In this document: positions 49,787-62,937 of the stretch, one piece after another
Numbering within the stretch: the first letter of the stretch is position 1
How the letters are laid out: each line of letters begins with the position of its first letter
DNA from: Rhizodiscina lignyota
Lineage: Eukaryota
NCBI GenBank assembly: GCA_010015805.1
Contig: ML978121.1
Span: 1,488,001 to 1,552,000, forward strand
DNA length: 64,000 bases
Direction: 5' to 3'
Position numbers and translations under genes: made by a program
The notes under the pieces: model-generated
The model's input: only the letters and a program-made list of their open reading frames with translations
What the model was told of the DNA's origin: nothing
Database searches by the model: none

Positions 49787-50726
49787 ATAAAGACTTTTAG
49801 AATATATTACGGCATATGGCGAGATGGTAACTAGAGCATGAGAGGGCGTCTGGTATCTGGATTCGTGCCAACAAGTGCGTTGAGTGTGGAGAATCTCCAA
49901 GCTCCTCGAAGATAGCAGCTCGGACAAGGTCGCATCTGACAATGTCAAATCCAAGGCTGCGAGCCAGTTTGATCTTCTCCAGGCCTTCTGTAATATTTTC
50001 GCAGACTGCGGACACTGCTCTTTCGATTAGATAGTCTACTTCGCAAACACCAAGCATCTTGATTCTCCACGAACGTGTCAGCTCCAATGCCGTTGCTCCT
50101 GACACCGTCAAATCTATCACTGCAAATGCATTTGCTCAGTTCTGCCCCATCTTCAAAGCTCTCGCGACGTAGAACAGCCGATCACCTGCTCTGTTCAACG
50201 ACTTGCCTTAATCAGCCTTAACTGGTGATGAAATCGTTTTCATAATGGCTCTCTCTTGCAGCACTGCTGCGTTGTTTGCCTGCGATAACTCTTATCAAGA
50301 GATCAACGTTCAACAGAGATGGGTTGTCAAAACTTTGATATTGAATTGCCATATCCTTAGCGTACACTTCAATTTGGTAGATGAATCATGGATTCTCATC
50401 TTGACTTTTACAATCAAAACAGCCGCCCAATGCTCCAGCGGAATATCATCAAAACGCCGCAACGCTATGCCGTAACGCGCCAATGTAACAAGAGAAAATA
50501 CGCAGATGGCTGGCCACATGAAATGGGCCAATTAAACGTGTGTGAGAAAACGAAAGAATGCGTCTGGATCTAGGTTTTGAGGGTATTTGCGAAAGTCGCT
50601 ATGCCATGTGCGTAGAAAGTATCAAAGAAAACAGAATCAATAGTCCCGCCCAAGCCAACAAAATCAAATCAAGGTCATACAATAACGAAGGTTAAGGATG
50701 CGAGTTCAGGTCGATCGCTAGTGGAA

Positions 50727-52809
50727 TCACCAAGTTTCCTAATGGATATGTTAGCATAGTGCATCTCCCAAGTCAGCTAATGAACAACTTACAGCAATGT
50801 ACTGTCCACTATCTGCTTTCTGCTTCCAAAAGAGTTGAGCTTCCTCCCTGCTCAGTCCGCCTTTCTCCATGGCGACATCAACAAGTGCTGCCTCCACCCC
50901 CTCTCCCATCCCATGGCTACTTCCACAGACAAAGACACGGCCGTCGATAGCATTGATGACGAACCAGACGACATCAGCCTGCTGCCTAAGCTCGTCTTGT
51001 ACATACTTCGGGTCGCCCGCCCTGCGATCCTTCTTCCTGCTCTGCACAACGTGCTTGATCTCGCTCTCGTGGTCACCAAGCTCGCCAGAATAGATCTCGT
51101 CGAGTTTCGAGTCACGAACGCCTTGGACGAGCCAAACCTTGTTCGCACAGTTTGCGTTCTTCAGGCGGTTCAAGATGAAACCACGGAAAGGAGCCATGCC
51201 GACGCCGGCACCAATGAGCAGCATTGGTCCATCCTTCACAAACTCCCTCGACAGCGGGTTTGCCATCAGGCCGCGGAACATTGGAATCTTGAGGTCGAGT
51301 ATATCCTGCGATGCCGGACCACCTGTCCTTGCAGACAAACCTGAAGCCTCTGCTTCCATGAATTTGTGCGCGACACGCTCAAGGTAGCCGGAACCAACGC
51401 CGGTGCGCTTTTCGCCATGCCAATCGGGTGTATCATGAACGGAAACGGCCAGTTCGATTAGCCGGCGACCAGCAAGACCCTCACGAGTGGAGGAGATGTG
51501 TGGATCGTTCGAAAGCGAGTAGAAGCGAGGCATCAGTTGCTGGAGGACAGAGAGGAGGGCGGGAAGAGGTGGTCGAGCGGAGGGGAAGGCGTGAAGTAGT
51601 TGCGCGAGGGTGACGTGAGGTCCGGTTCGAAGACTGTCTAATTTAGCATCATAACTATGAAAATGTGTGATTGGAGAGGAAGACTTACTCGCAGAAAGAT
51701 GCCTGGCCTTGGGCAGACGACAGATACATGAGAATCTTCTTCTCGTTCTTTGCATCGGCATGCTCAGCCAACAGTCGAAGAAGCGGCTTGGTTGGTGGGC
51801 TGCTCTGGATATCGGTGCACCAGGTCAGAAGCTCACGACGGGTAGTGACAAGCTCGCGAGGTTGCTCATCGCCCCAGATTGTTGGCCATCGTCCACCGCT
51901 CGTCTTCATCAGAATTGGCTTGTCTCGAACGAAGTTCGGAATACCGAGAGCATCGAAGATATCGTCCACCATCGCACCGTCATTGGGAGGAGTTATGCCA
52001 ATGGCGCCACCGACTTTGAAGTCGATCTCACCGCTTTCCACGGGATAGTCGGTGACGTCTATGTCAAAGTGGAACGTCCTCTTGTCTGCTCCAGGCTTTG
52101 TGAGTTCTCGGGCGCCATAGACGGGGCAAGGGACGACGTGGTAGGGTGGATGAGGCTGGACAAAGGTCGGTGGCTCGGTGTGGACGGTTGTAACATGCTT
52201 GGGCGTCGTCTTTGGGACAGGATCGAAGAGTATCGTCGACTCTGGTAGCGGCGCAACGCTGGTAAGTTCCGTGTCAAGACTGAACGGGCCGAGCTTGAGC
52301 TGGAGACTTCTGAAAGCAGCATTGTCAGGGATGACGACAGGGACAAAGTCCTCCTTGGTCGTGTCTGGAGGTAAAGTCGGTAGTAGACAACAGCCACCAC
52401 CACAGCAATACTTCTCGATGAGCTGTGTGCCTGTCTCGCCTTCACCCAGGAGTCGCCGAATGTCGCGCGTATTTTCGGCAATCAGGGTTGTGCTAGCACG
52501 TCTTTTCTTCGAAGTAGGCTGTGATGTGACCTTGAGAGCTGCTGCCGGCAATTCCTCGAGTTTATCGACTACCTCGCCGACCTGTGGATCGGTGCGGGGT
52601 GTCGAGACGATGCTGGAGTCTGACGATTCGTTGCCGCTCCATGCTGCCGATTCTTCCGACGAGCGTGGTGAATTGCCGGGACGTGTCGTTGGAGCGGGAA
52701 TCTTGACTTCGAATTCGGGCAAAGCCGGTGTAGGACGCGGCTCGCGAGGTATTGGGTCGTTAGGATGCGATGTGGAGGTTGTGGGTATGGATGCTGTGGG
52801 TTGCTGCAT
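50727..52809 (-). CDS. FAD/NADPH-binding diflavin-reductase-like protein (methionine synthase reductase/CPR-like) lacking a flavodoxin domain
   Basis: FKVGGAIGITPPND, LMPRFYSLS, GVGSGYL, MLLIGAGVGMAPFRGF, KYVQD, VFVCG, and C-terminal YIA|ETW*. CCGGGCC sits in the N-terminal part. Introns near 51688-51639 and 50791-50739. Confidence 0.88.
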
Positions 52810-55268
52810 TGTGCGAAGGGATGTGGCAAACGTCGCCCTGGGCCCGTTTGCGAGCTGGACTGTGCATTGTCAAATTTTGTTGACCGCCAGTTTCGACGCG
52901 TCGACAGCAGAATAGGGGAGAGAAGGGCGAGATATTAGCAGGATGAGGATTGCGAATTGGATTTACGTCGATGACGCGATGCAGCGGGATGGACAGATTG
53001 ATAATGATGGAGGGGTTTGATGGCGACTCACTTGATCTAATCGTATCTGATCGGCCTGCTAACGCGGATACAAATGGAAATCGTGGGCGGCGCGAGAGCG
53101 CGAACAGCCTCGTGAATGTCGACACGGTGGAGGTTGGTGTTAGAAGTGCCAATTGATGGATTGTCGACGGGGCAGCATGGCAATATAGTGGTAGGAGTGA
53201 CGGTTTGGGGGCGTTGAATGAAGACGGAGCGGCTCAAGAGCGAGCGATGAAATCAACGCTGTTTTAGGGCCGGCGTCGCACATCGGCTACGTCCAACCCG
53301 CACTCACCTCACTGCCAACTGCACGCTGCCTTTCCGCACCTGACAATACTTTTGTCAACTCTGATCTAAGCGCCCAGCGGCTTGATTTCTCGGCTGATTT
53401 GTTATGTGCTGCTGCGAAAGCTCTCTTCCACCCCTTTCTTTGATGGCCTGTGTTGTTCGTCTCTCTCCACCGCCGTTGGAGGCCACGCAAGGCACAATTT
53501 CGTCCCAACCATCATTTTGCTTGCCATGAATGCCTTGGCCTGCCGACGTCGGCGTGCTCGAGCTCTCATCAGCCCTACATTGCTACATTGCTTCCCGAGA
53601 ACAGAAGTGCCGCCCGCTTCTGCTCAGCTGCCTCCACGTTGCGCTGCATGCCGGCTGTTCGGGCAATCACATCCTCTCTATTCCTCCCTTATCAGATGCT
53701 AGGTCCAGTTATCCGCATCCACCAGCAATCAATCAACAATGAGACCCCTGTCAACTGAGTGGAGTGAGCAAACGAGATCTAAAAAGCGTTTCAAACGTTT
53801 TCGTTTCCCCGAGCAATTTGCTTCTTCGGCTCCCTCTCTGTGGGTATGACTAAGGCAGGAACTGAAATATTTCGAGTCGCGCTTCTTTCCGAATTCCCCT
53901 CGCCCTTTTCCGAATGAATACCCTTCGGAGGCGCCCCCTTCGGAGGCGCCGGTCAGCGATCGGAACTGAGCGTCGACGATGGAGAGACGCGCGGAATTCG
54001 AAGCAAATGGAATTCTGCAACTGTTCGATTCATCTCTCCTCGATGACATTCATCTTATCAATATTATCAGATTAATCTCAACGTGGGGTCGAGTGGGTCC
54101 CTCGTGGGCGTTAAACGGGCAGGAATCTTTCGTATTGAAGCACCGACCGTCCACTGCCATGGCTTCGGTGACTGTTCATTTGTCAATCGGGCGACACGTT
54201 TCCGGTCTGCGTTTTATCTCACCACCCCGTCGAATGCCTGTAGTTTCGCCGGAAAACTGGCGATCCATAGAGACGGTGACGCCCCGCCTCATCGTACCAT
54301 CACGTGTCTATCATATTGACCGTGTCTTGGACAATTGAGACTTCATATATGAAGTTGTACTCGGTGCTTTTTGCCCAGTCCAAGTCTCTAACTGGTTCCA
54401 TCTTACAGCTAAGTACAGTATATCGCCCTTATCGCTTGTCACCACTTTTCGACATCCTTTGGATGCCTTGTTATCTATTCTACTTCCGTCGTCAATCTTC
54501 GATCCGATGCAGATAGACTGTGACGTCAAGAGTTAGCTCCGCACCATCACAACGCAACCACGGAGGCATTTACCTTGCACATGACATAGCGTTTCCCACA
54601 GGTGGGCTGTTCCCTGCTGGTGCCACGCAAAGTAGCAGGCCTCCAGCTCCGCCGCGTCGGATACTGGAATCCACCCACTATGGCAGGGAATTGTTTGAGG
54701 AGGGGAAGAGGATCATCGTGGAGTGCTCCATATGATGGGGAAATAGGGATGGGGAAAAGAATTCGATCTTACTGCTTGCTCAGGTACCATGCAAGTCAGA
54801 GCATCGTCGGAGATCGTCAGACTTAAAGCGTGAAGTGATACGCTTGTAAGTTGTAGATGAACGCCACGATTACCAAATTCTGTTTCCCCAGAGCTGCCAA
54901 GTTGAGCACGGACAATGAATCTGGGAGGTTTCATCCAGATTCGGCAGTCAGAGGTGCTTCGCGATCATATTAGCCGAAAGCAGGCCATGTACACGACACG
55001 AAACCGGAGGATTCTTGACACTTCCATGCATGTACACTAGTAGAAAAAAGAAATGCTACATCTTCAATATCGATCTCACTTGACGGTATTCTACGCGCTC
55101 GTGAACCGTATTACGTACACATGTAGTATTTTGCGGACTATTAGCTACGGCAAGGAATTATAATTCGAAGGGCAATTTAGTAAGTCAACTTTTACGAAAA
55201 TTCTGTACTTTGGCATTCTTTTCCCGCTGGTATCATTGTGTCATGAAATTCGAAGCTGAACCTCGCCG

Positions 55269-56237
55269 CTACTCGTTATAAGGCCCACCGCCCATTTTGA
55301 CCCTTCCAGCATTCTCATTTTCCGTCTTCGACCTTCTCGACCATTCTGGCGCCTCGTCAACGCCATCGTCTTCCTCCTTATCCCCCTCCTCCTTCGTCTT
55401 GTGCACCGTCTGGCTGTTGTGCTCCGCCGGGCTGTACACGGTGACCAATTCCAGCGGTTTGTCCCCAGTATTCACGAACTGATGCTGTGTGCCTGCGGGA
55501 ACGATGACGACGTCGCCAGCTTTGAGATCCTGGTTCCGGCCAGCAATCTCCGCGCGCCCTACGCCGGAGGTGAAGATGAGGATCTGGTCGACTGTGTGAA
55601 CCTGGAGATAATACGTCAGCATGTTGTGCAGCAAGGATTGGACGTGATATGCACGTGCTCGTGGGAGGCCGCTCCCGATGTATCATCTCATCATATTAAC
55701 GGCCGCGCCGTCTCACATCAAAGACAATGGCATCAAGACGGTCGCCGTTCCGTGGAAAGCCTGGAGCTGAGCTGATTCGCACTTGTTCTGACCTACCTCA
55801 TCACCGATGTCTCCACCAACAGGCACTTCCATTGTCACGAGCTGTGAATATAGTCCGGTATGTAGCACTTTTCTGAAGTTCCCCGACGCGATTCCGGTCG
55901 ACGTGATCAGGCCGGGGAAATACACCATCTGGTGCTTCGGCGGCCCAGCCGGCATGTTGGCGTCTTTGTAGAGGTTACGAGCGGACGCCGAGAAAGCTCG
56001 ATAGGACGCTGCTGAAGGATTGAGGATGCGGAAGCCGAGATACGCCGCCGTTGGAGGTGCTCTCGGCCCGCCAGCTCTTTGATTGCGTGAGTTCGACGTA
56101 GTGAAAGCGGTGGAGGCGCTGTATGCACGATTCGCGCGCCTGTACAGCTGCTGACGGAGAGATGGAGCGCGGGGACTAGTAGAAATGAAAGTGGCCGGCG
56201 TGAAAAGACGGTAGACAGGTACTGAAGTCACGCCCAT
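55269..56237 (-). CDS. Cupin-2 (RmlC-like) protein with a possible N-terminal mitochondrial extension
   Basis: NFRKVLHTGLYSQLVTMEVPVGGDIGDE|VHTVDQILIFTSG...LKAGDVVIVPAGTQHQFVNTG..PLELVTVYSPAEH. Intron 55796-55602; starts at ATG 56237 or 55955. Confidence 0.88.
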
Positions 56238-58386
56238 TTTATAACAAGAGAGAGATCTCAGAAGGAACCCCAGATCTGTGCCGGCGCCGAGACACTGGAA
56301 ATAGCGGGATGTATTACATGAATCAAACACATCTAGAAGCCCTGGACTCTCCAGCTGCAAGAGAAAGAAGGGTTTGCTACGCGTTCACCTAAAATTTCGC
56401 GCCGCCGCCCATGCCGCAGACGCAGACGCGGACGGGATATACCTCCTTAGTACAAGGTGGACGCTTGACGCTTTTGAATGCCTGACGTCACGGGGCGCGC
56501 CTGTTTTTGCGGCTGGTGCGACCGACAGAGGTGGAAGGAGAATAGTATTAGATACTGCATTCGTCCAGTTGGCGGTATGATGATTGATGCATAAGCACAG
56601 GGCGCCTCATCGAAGTTCCTTGCAAACGTCGAGGGGCGGGAGTGTGCGGCCCACGCCAGCACTGGTGCGGTGACCACGGGGTTGCTTCGGAGCAGGGGCA
56701 TTGAGGTTACAAGAACGAGCGAGACGAGCAAAACGTTCATGTTCGTACGAGACCTCACACGACCGTTTCATTGCGCCTGCGATTGCTTTTCAAGGGGCAT
56801 GGTTTGATAGATCGACGGGTTCGATGAGCGGTTGTCATTAGTGGCGCGATTACATCTACAATTGGTTGGATGCTCTGGATATCTGCAAACCAACACCGCT
56901 ATGAAAACATCTCTAGATATGACTGAGTGGGGGTTGGAGGCTGTGCAGCATGCGTGAGTTGAGACTGAAACAAGACATGCAGAATGCTGATCGAAGCATA
57001 TCTCCGTCGTTCTACAGCGCATTTCAGCTCTCGTCTATTCCATGTAAAGGTCGATTGGCGCTGCCCTGACAAGGACGTGGATGTGCTCGATCAGCTTGAC
57101 GCTCTGAAGCCTTGCCAGTTCATGAACCAAAGCACTCTTTCTTCCCTCGCCTCGTAAGCTGCCATCACGCCACTCTCCTTCAATCTCCACGCGGAGAAGC
57201 TGCCCACAAGTGCTTCTATCAGCTCTCGGGAAGCGGATGTTACTTCTCCAGTTCCTAGATTAGTCTAGATCGGCGTCTTCAATCAGATAACGAGCTGATG
57301 GATGCCAGGCTCGAAACCATAATGGCCAATTGTTCGTGAGAGACACAAAATCCCAGGATCAGCAAACGGTGGAGAATCATCATAAGCATATTTCGGAGTT
57401 TCTTGGACTTCAGCTCTCTTTTTCTTCCTCCACGGCTTGCACGACCGGGAAAGGAGTCCTTTCAGCCTGACCAGGAGGAAGTAGTCGGTTGTAGTTCCGT
57501 ACTTTGCAACAGCTCCCAAGCTCCAGGCGAGACACTGGCGGGGTTGATAAGAAGTGTGTTTGAATCTCTCCAGTCAGTTGTCACGAACGATGCGTTGGAT
57601 ATCAGTTCAATTATGGCGATGGGAATCAAACTCCTTCATACACAAAATGTGGTGGTCAGAAGGGTTTCCAGGGTCCAGTTTGAAGGGTCCAGTCTGAAAG
57701 GCAGTGGGTTACCAAAGATCAAAAGTAGCGGTAGAATGAATCCTGTACGCGGATTAATATCCGCAGGGGAGATTCGATACCAGGAAATAGTGATGGCTGT
57801 GACCGGATATTCGAGCTTGAGATTGAATGATAGGAGAATAGAAAGGAGAAAGAAGCGACCAAAGCTAGGGGAGAAGAAGTTGTGGTCGCATGACCGCCTG
57901 ACTCCCAACTTTTGCAGGCTTGTCTATGTGAGAGGCAATGAGAGATGCGGTGTGTCGTGCTCTACGGCATGCATAAGGAGAAATATCAACAGGGAGCATT
58001 GTAGATTTGGAGGCGGTGAAGTCCAAGAACGTCCCTGATTTATGTCATATTAATAAACGGTTAGAGTACTTCAAAGGAATCAAAATATAAGGAATAATGA
58101 AGAAGAGGAAAAGTGTCATTGACACTGAGGAAAGAGTTGGTGATGGCGGAGTGGAATTGCTTGCCGATTCAGGTTCCCAGCTCCGGAGTGCGCACGGCTG
58201 TAACTCGGCACGCTCCCATCAAAATGGTAGCTCCGCGTGCCCTATTATCGGATGCGTTCCGCGCCATTGTTGTTGAGAAGCGCACTTTGAACAGTTTCCA
58301 TTAATTCTCGGAGATCTGCTTCAAGCTTCCAGGCCCCTCATATTTACGAATCTCGTGAAACCCATCAGTAGCGCTCCGAATCCACA

Positions 58387-59525
58387 ATGGCGACTCCCCA
58401 CAAGCACAAGCCGGTGTCGGTTACAGACCCGCAGTTTGTCCACGGCGTATACATTCCCTCAGCACTCCTCATGGTGGGCACATTGATTGTCAAGAAGGAA
58501 TGGTGGCCATTCGCTCTGCTAGTCGTCGTTGTTCTGGGGGGATGGAAGCTCTACAGCAGCCGTAAGCTTCAACAGTTCAGTCAATTTCACGGTCACCACT
58601 AACATTGGCAATATCCAGAGGCACGAAAGGTCCTAAAGCCAAACGAGTTCCAAGAGTTCGAGTTGAAGGAGAAGACTGTACTCTCTCACAATACAGCCAT
58701 GTACGCATCTGCCTCTAAGAATCAGAAAATACCCAATCCAGCAGATAGATGCTGACCCTTAACAAACGCAGCTACTCATTCAAACTTCCACGTCCCACCG
58801 ATATCCTTGGCCTTCCAATCGGCCAGCACATGTCTCTCGCAGCGACCATCGATGGCAAAGAAGTGGTCCGCTCCTACACTCCCATCTCCTCCGACGAACA
58901 AGTCGGCTCCTTCGACCTCCTCATCAAATCCTACCCAACTGGCAACATCTCCAAGCACATGGCATCTCTCATGGTGGGACAGACTATGAAGGTTAGAGGA
59001 CCAAAGGGCGCCATGGTGTATACCCCAAATATGGTCAAGAGATTTGGCATGATCGCCGGTGGAACTGGAATTACCCCAATGCTCCAGGTCATTAGGGCGA
59101 TTATTCGTGGCAGGCCAAGAAATGGCGGAACAGACGAGACGGTAGTCAACCTGATATTCGCGAATGTGAACGAAGAGGATATCCTGCTGAGAGAGGACCT
59201 GGATGCTCTGGCGAAGGAGGATGACAAGTTCAATGTCCATTACGTCCTGAACAACCCGCCAGAGAAGTGGACAGGAGGTGTGGGATTCGTAACCGCGGAC
59301 ATGATCAAGGTGAGTGGGAGTCTTTTAGCGCGTGGAGTCACTCCATACGAAACAAATCTAATTTTGGACCTCCAGGAACAATGCCCACCTCCAGGCAATG
59401 ATATGAAGATACTCATCTGCGGGCCACCGCCTATGGTCAGCGCAATGAAGAAGGCGACCGAATCGCTGGGATATACGAAGGCGAGACCTGTGAGCAAGCT
59501 CGAAGATCAAGTCTTCTGCTTCTAA
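58387..59525 (+). CDS. CBR1: NADH-cytochrome b5 reductase 1
   Basis: N-terminal membrane anchor, [60 protein letters not shown]. Introns near 58562, 58701 and 59310. Confidence 0.95.
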
Positions 59526-60085
59526 AATCGTCCATCGGAATCCACAACCTACTACTGTGGGCAAAAAAGCGTCACATACTCACATTCTAGCATTGCTTTG
59601 CATTTGCATACGTATAGACAAGAGAACGATACGTACGATCGATGAATTCTACCTAGCGATTTAATGCATGTCGGTCTTCATCGGATTCCGCTTAAAAGGG
59701 CTATCGTGTTTTCATCCTGAATCCCGATTGTCTGTCTTGGCCTTGGCAATCCGGATCATCAATTTCAATTCCGATAGAGGACTTTAGTCAGCTACCTTGC
59801 CTGTTTTCATCGTATTCAACTACTCCGAATGAGGTAGGCGGATAGGCAGCGTTGTAGAGAGTAGCCATCGTTGGCACGGCAGCTCCGTGACTCAAAAAAT
59901 ATCTGCGTATATATCTACGCGCGTCACACTACGCGTCGATTCAATTGAAACCATTGCATACAGTTGTCCTCTCTATCCTATAAAGTGACGCACTTGTGCT
60001 TGCCATACTTTATTTCTTTAATTTCGCTATTCTCAACCGTCGATTACAACGAGTGTACTTGCCTTCCTCATTCACTTCAGACATA

Positions 60086-60995
60086 ATGGGCATCAAGTAC
60101 AAAATCATACCTGCATCTGCATCCAAGCACACCCTCCCCATCATGACGGCCGGCAGCCGTGCATTCAAGGATGACCCCCTCGCTGCTGCACTCTTTCCAT
60201 CACGATTGAAGAGCCCCGACGACCCTGATGTAGAGTACCGCTTTCGTTTGCAGAGGCTCAAAGACCGCTTTGCCACCAAAGGCGCGCATCTAATGGTTGC
60301 CGTTCCTGAGGATGAAGAGAACGAACTCGTTGTAGACGGGGAGGAGAAGGGCGATGGCAAGGGCCAAATGGTGCTAGGATATTCGGGGTGGTATGAGCCG
60401 AATCCAGAGTTTAATCAAGCGAGATTAATGATGGGGCTATCTTCGCAGTCAGAAGAGAAGAATGGAAAGGAAGTGCAGCAGAATGGCGATGTAGCAGGGG
60501 AGAAAGAAGAGCGTGGAGGTTGGGTAGATGATGGGCATGGAGGAAAGAGAGGGGATGGGAAGACATTCTCGTCGAGCTTAGACGTCGGATTCAAGCAACG
60601 AGTCGGTCAATTACTGGAAGAAACAAAGAAAGAGGTATTGGGCGATGACGAGAACAGAGTGTGGTGTAAGAAATCCTTGTTCTATTCAACATTTTTGCCC
60701 GCAAATCATTCCCGAAATTCAAAAGCACCTGATTCAATCTCTAGACCTTGTCTCCCTCGCCGTGGATCCCTCGTATACCGGACAGGGGATCGCAAGCCGG
60801 CTTGTAGAATGGGGTGTTGATAAGGCCGCAGAGGAGGGTCTATCAGCCTATACAGAGTCCACACCCGCTGGGGTTGGGGTGTATAGAAAACTCGGCTTTA
60901 CTGAGGTGAAGAAAATAAGGCCGTTAGAAGAGGATGGCGACCATGCTCTGACCGTCTTCGTTAAACGGCCACAAGAGTCAGAGTCGAAGCCATGA
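60086..60995 (+). CDS. GNAT family N-acetyltransferase
   Basis: LAVDPSYTGQGIASRLVEWG, AYTESTPAGVGVYRKLGF. Intron about 60666-60744. Confidence 0.88.
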
Positions 60996-61003
60996 TATCA
61001 TAC

Positions 61004-61690
61004 TCATTCAATGCGGAGACTTTCCAGTCCTTGACCAAGTAGCTCGGCGCCTCGTCGCTTGGCCTTGATAGCTTCCCTCAACTCTTCGATAATCTCCTCG
61101 CTGACTCGACGATCGCCCGAGGCGGTGGCACCCTGAGTGATTTTGATCTCGCCCTTGACTTTCATACCCTTCCAGAGCCTCAGTGCTTCGAGAGTATTGT
61201 CAGTAACGACTCCACCCGTGCCATTTATCGTGATTGTGAAGGTATCAAGGCCCGCACCTCGGTCGATGGCGAATGCAATATCCTCGACGACGTGTCTTGC
61301 TTCCAGCAACCGGACTTCAGTACCAAAGCTGCTGGACAGTTCAACGGCGAAGTTCCGCACGCGAGTGGCGAGTTTCCGCAAGGCTACCAGCTGGCGGGGA
61401 CCGAGATGCTGCCAAATGACCCGGTGGGCGTAGCAGTGAAACACCACGTTGCTGTTCTCCCAGTGGATGTGCTCGGCCTCGAGTTTGGCCTTCTTGCAAG
61501 AGAAAATGATGCCCGCTCCATGAGTCTTCGATTGCCAGTAGCGTCTTGCGTAGTCTTTGTAGGTAGCTTCTGCGAGGTCAACGTCAAGGCCAGGCAGTGC
61601 GAGGTTGTAAACATGAGTGCGAATCTCCGATGGCAACTTGAAGAAAGGACTGTCGGTTTGAGGGTTGACATTGGCCATTTTTGCATCCAT
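61004..61690 (-). CDS. Hypothetical protein with an F-box-like N-terminal motif
   Basis: 228-aa ORF with QTDSPFFKLPSEIRTHVYNLAL and GIIFSCKKAKLEA. Confidence 0.75.
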   Translation of the reverse strand: MDAKMANVNPQTDSPFFKLPSEIRTHVYNLALPGLDVDLAEATYKDYARRYWQSKTHGAGIIFSCKKAKLEAEHIHWENSNVVFHCYAHRVIWQHLGPRQLVALRKLATRVRNFAVELSSSFGTEVRLLEARHVVEDIAFAIDRGAGLDTFTITINGTGGVVTDNTLEALRLWKGMKVKGEIKITQGATASGDRRVSEEIIEELREAIKAKRRGAELLGQGLESLRIE

Positions 61691-62937
61691 AGTGTCAAAG
61701 CTTGTATCTGTGAAAGAGTGCGCAGTTGAGGAAGTGTATGTTGAGGAGTAGAAGAGTTCGATGCAGCAATCGGAGTATGAGAGCCGGTTCTGACGTAGAT
61801 GCGTTGGCAGTGGCGGTTATCACGCATTGAAGTAAACCTGACCGTGACAATAGCATTTTATATGTACCACTGCCTGTAAAAAGCGCATGTGAAGCCTTCT
61901 GATCCGTTAGCGCTACCAGTACGAACCATTACGAGGACTGCTATGCTCTTTGCGATAGGATAACATGAATCGAACTGAAGGGAAAATTTGCAGGCTAAAC
62001 AAGTAGGAGAGCATTCTTCCATCATCACGCTGTATGTGATGATGCGTTCAAGCATAATGAGAGCGACCTTAAAAGACGCGTCTAGGGAGATCCATTGTTC
62101 CAAGTCTACTCGCCGATTCCTGGATTACCAGATCGTCGCTATTATAGACTTTCCAAAAAGCTCTTTCATCTCTTGCCTACAACATATACGAACTCTGACA
62201 TTCAACTGTTATCTCCAACCACGAGCTTCGCATCGATGATTGTTCGACCATGTTCATACAGCTCTGGAACTTGTGTAGTTTCCTCAGGCTGTCGGTGCCT
62301 GCCTGCGTCACTGGAATGCGGATGTCCGGGACAGCGTCCTCGCAAGACTATCGTCAGGTTTGATGGAACATGTTGAACGTTCCTACCTCCTTTCAAGAGA
62401 TTTGGAGATGGCGTTCGCTTAAAAAGTGGGCCACAGCTGGGTACGCGACCTCGGCTGCCAGGTGCTGCCCGTGACAAGTCTACGTGATTCGTGAGAGACT
62501 CATCTCCGACCTTCAGAGCTTCCTCTGGACCCAATTGCAGCAGCAACAAGACTTATCGCCTTCATGGCAAGAAGATTTGATGCTAACTTCGCCGTCAGAG
62601 TTCATAGTGGGGTCCACGCACGGGCTGTACCTTCGTCTCTTCCCGACCTTCCGTGAATGGCACGAGCCGCTCTTAGTCTCATCTCCGTCAGAATCTCTTT
62701 CCTCCAATCGCATCATGAAGCAGCTCCTCCGTGGTCATGACTTTCCTAAATGACTGCTTGATCTTCGACAAGTAACTGCCACAAAGGACAGTGTCACAGC
62801 TGCCATGTGTATCAAACAACGCGTCATGCGCTCTCTGCTGATTAGAGCGGCCGAGACGTGCATGTGGATACAGAAGACATGTAAAACATCGAGGCATCCT
62901 CTCTTCCAGTTTCTTGCCTCAGCGTTTCTTAAGCACA

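Noticed and set aside
49797..50220. 107-aa - strand ORF downstream of PDX2
   Set aside because: Could be a gene remnant, but it has no recognisable family and no supported start.
53921..53950. Direct repeat CCCTTCGGAGGCGCC, two copies
   Set aside because: Real but tiny; a Zn2Cys6-site role is speculation without conservation data.
57000..58040. Fragmentary ORFs between the cupin and CBR1
   Set aside because: Interrupted frames with no identifiable homology; cannot support a gene or transposon call.
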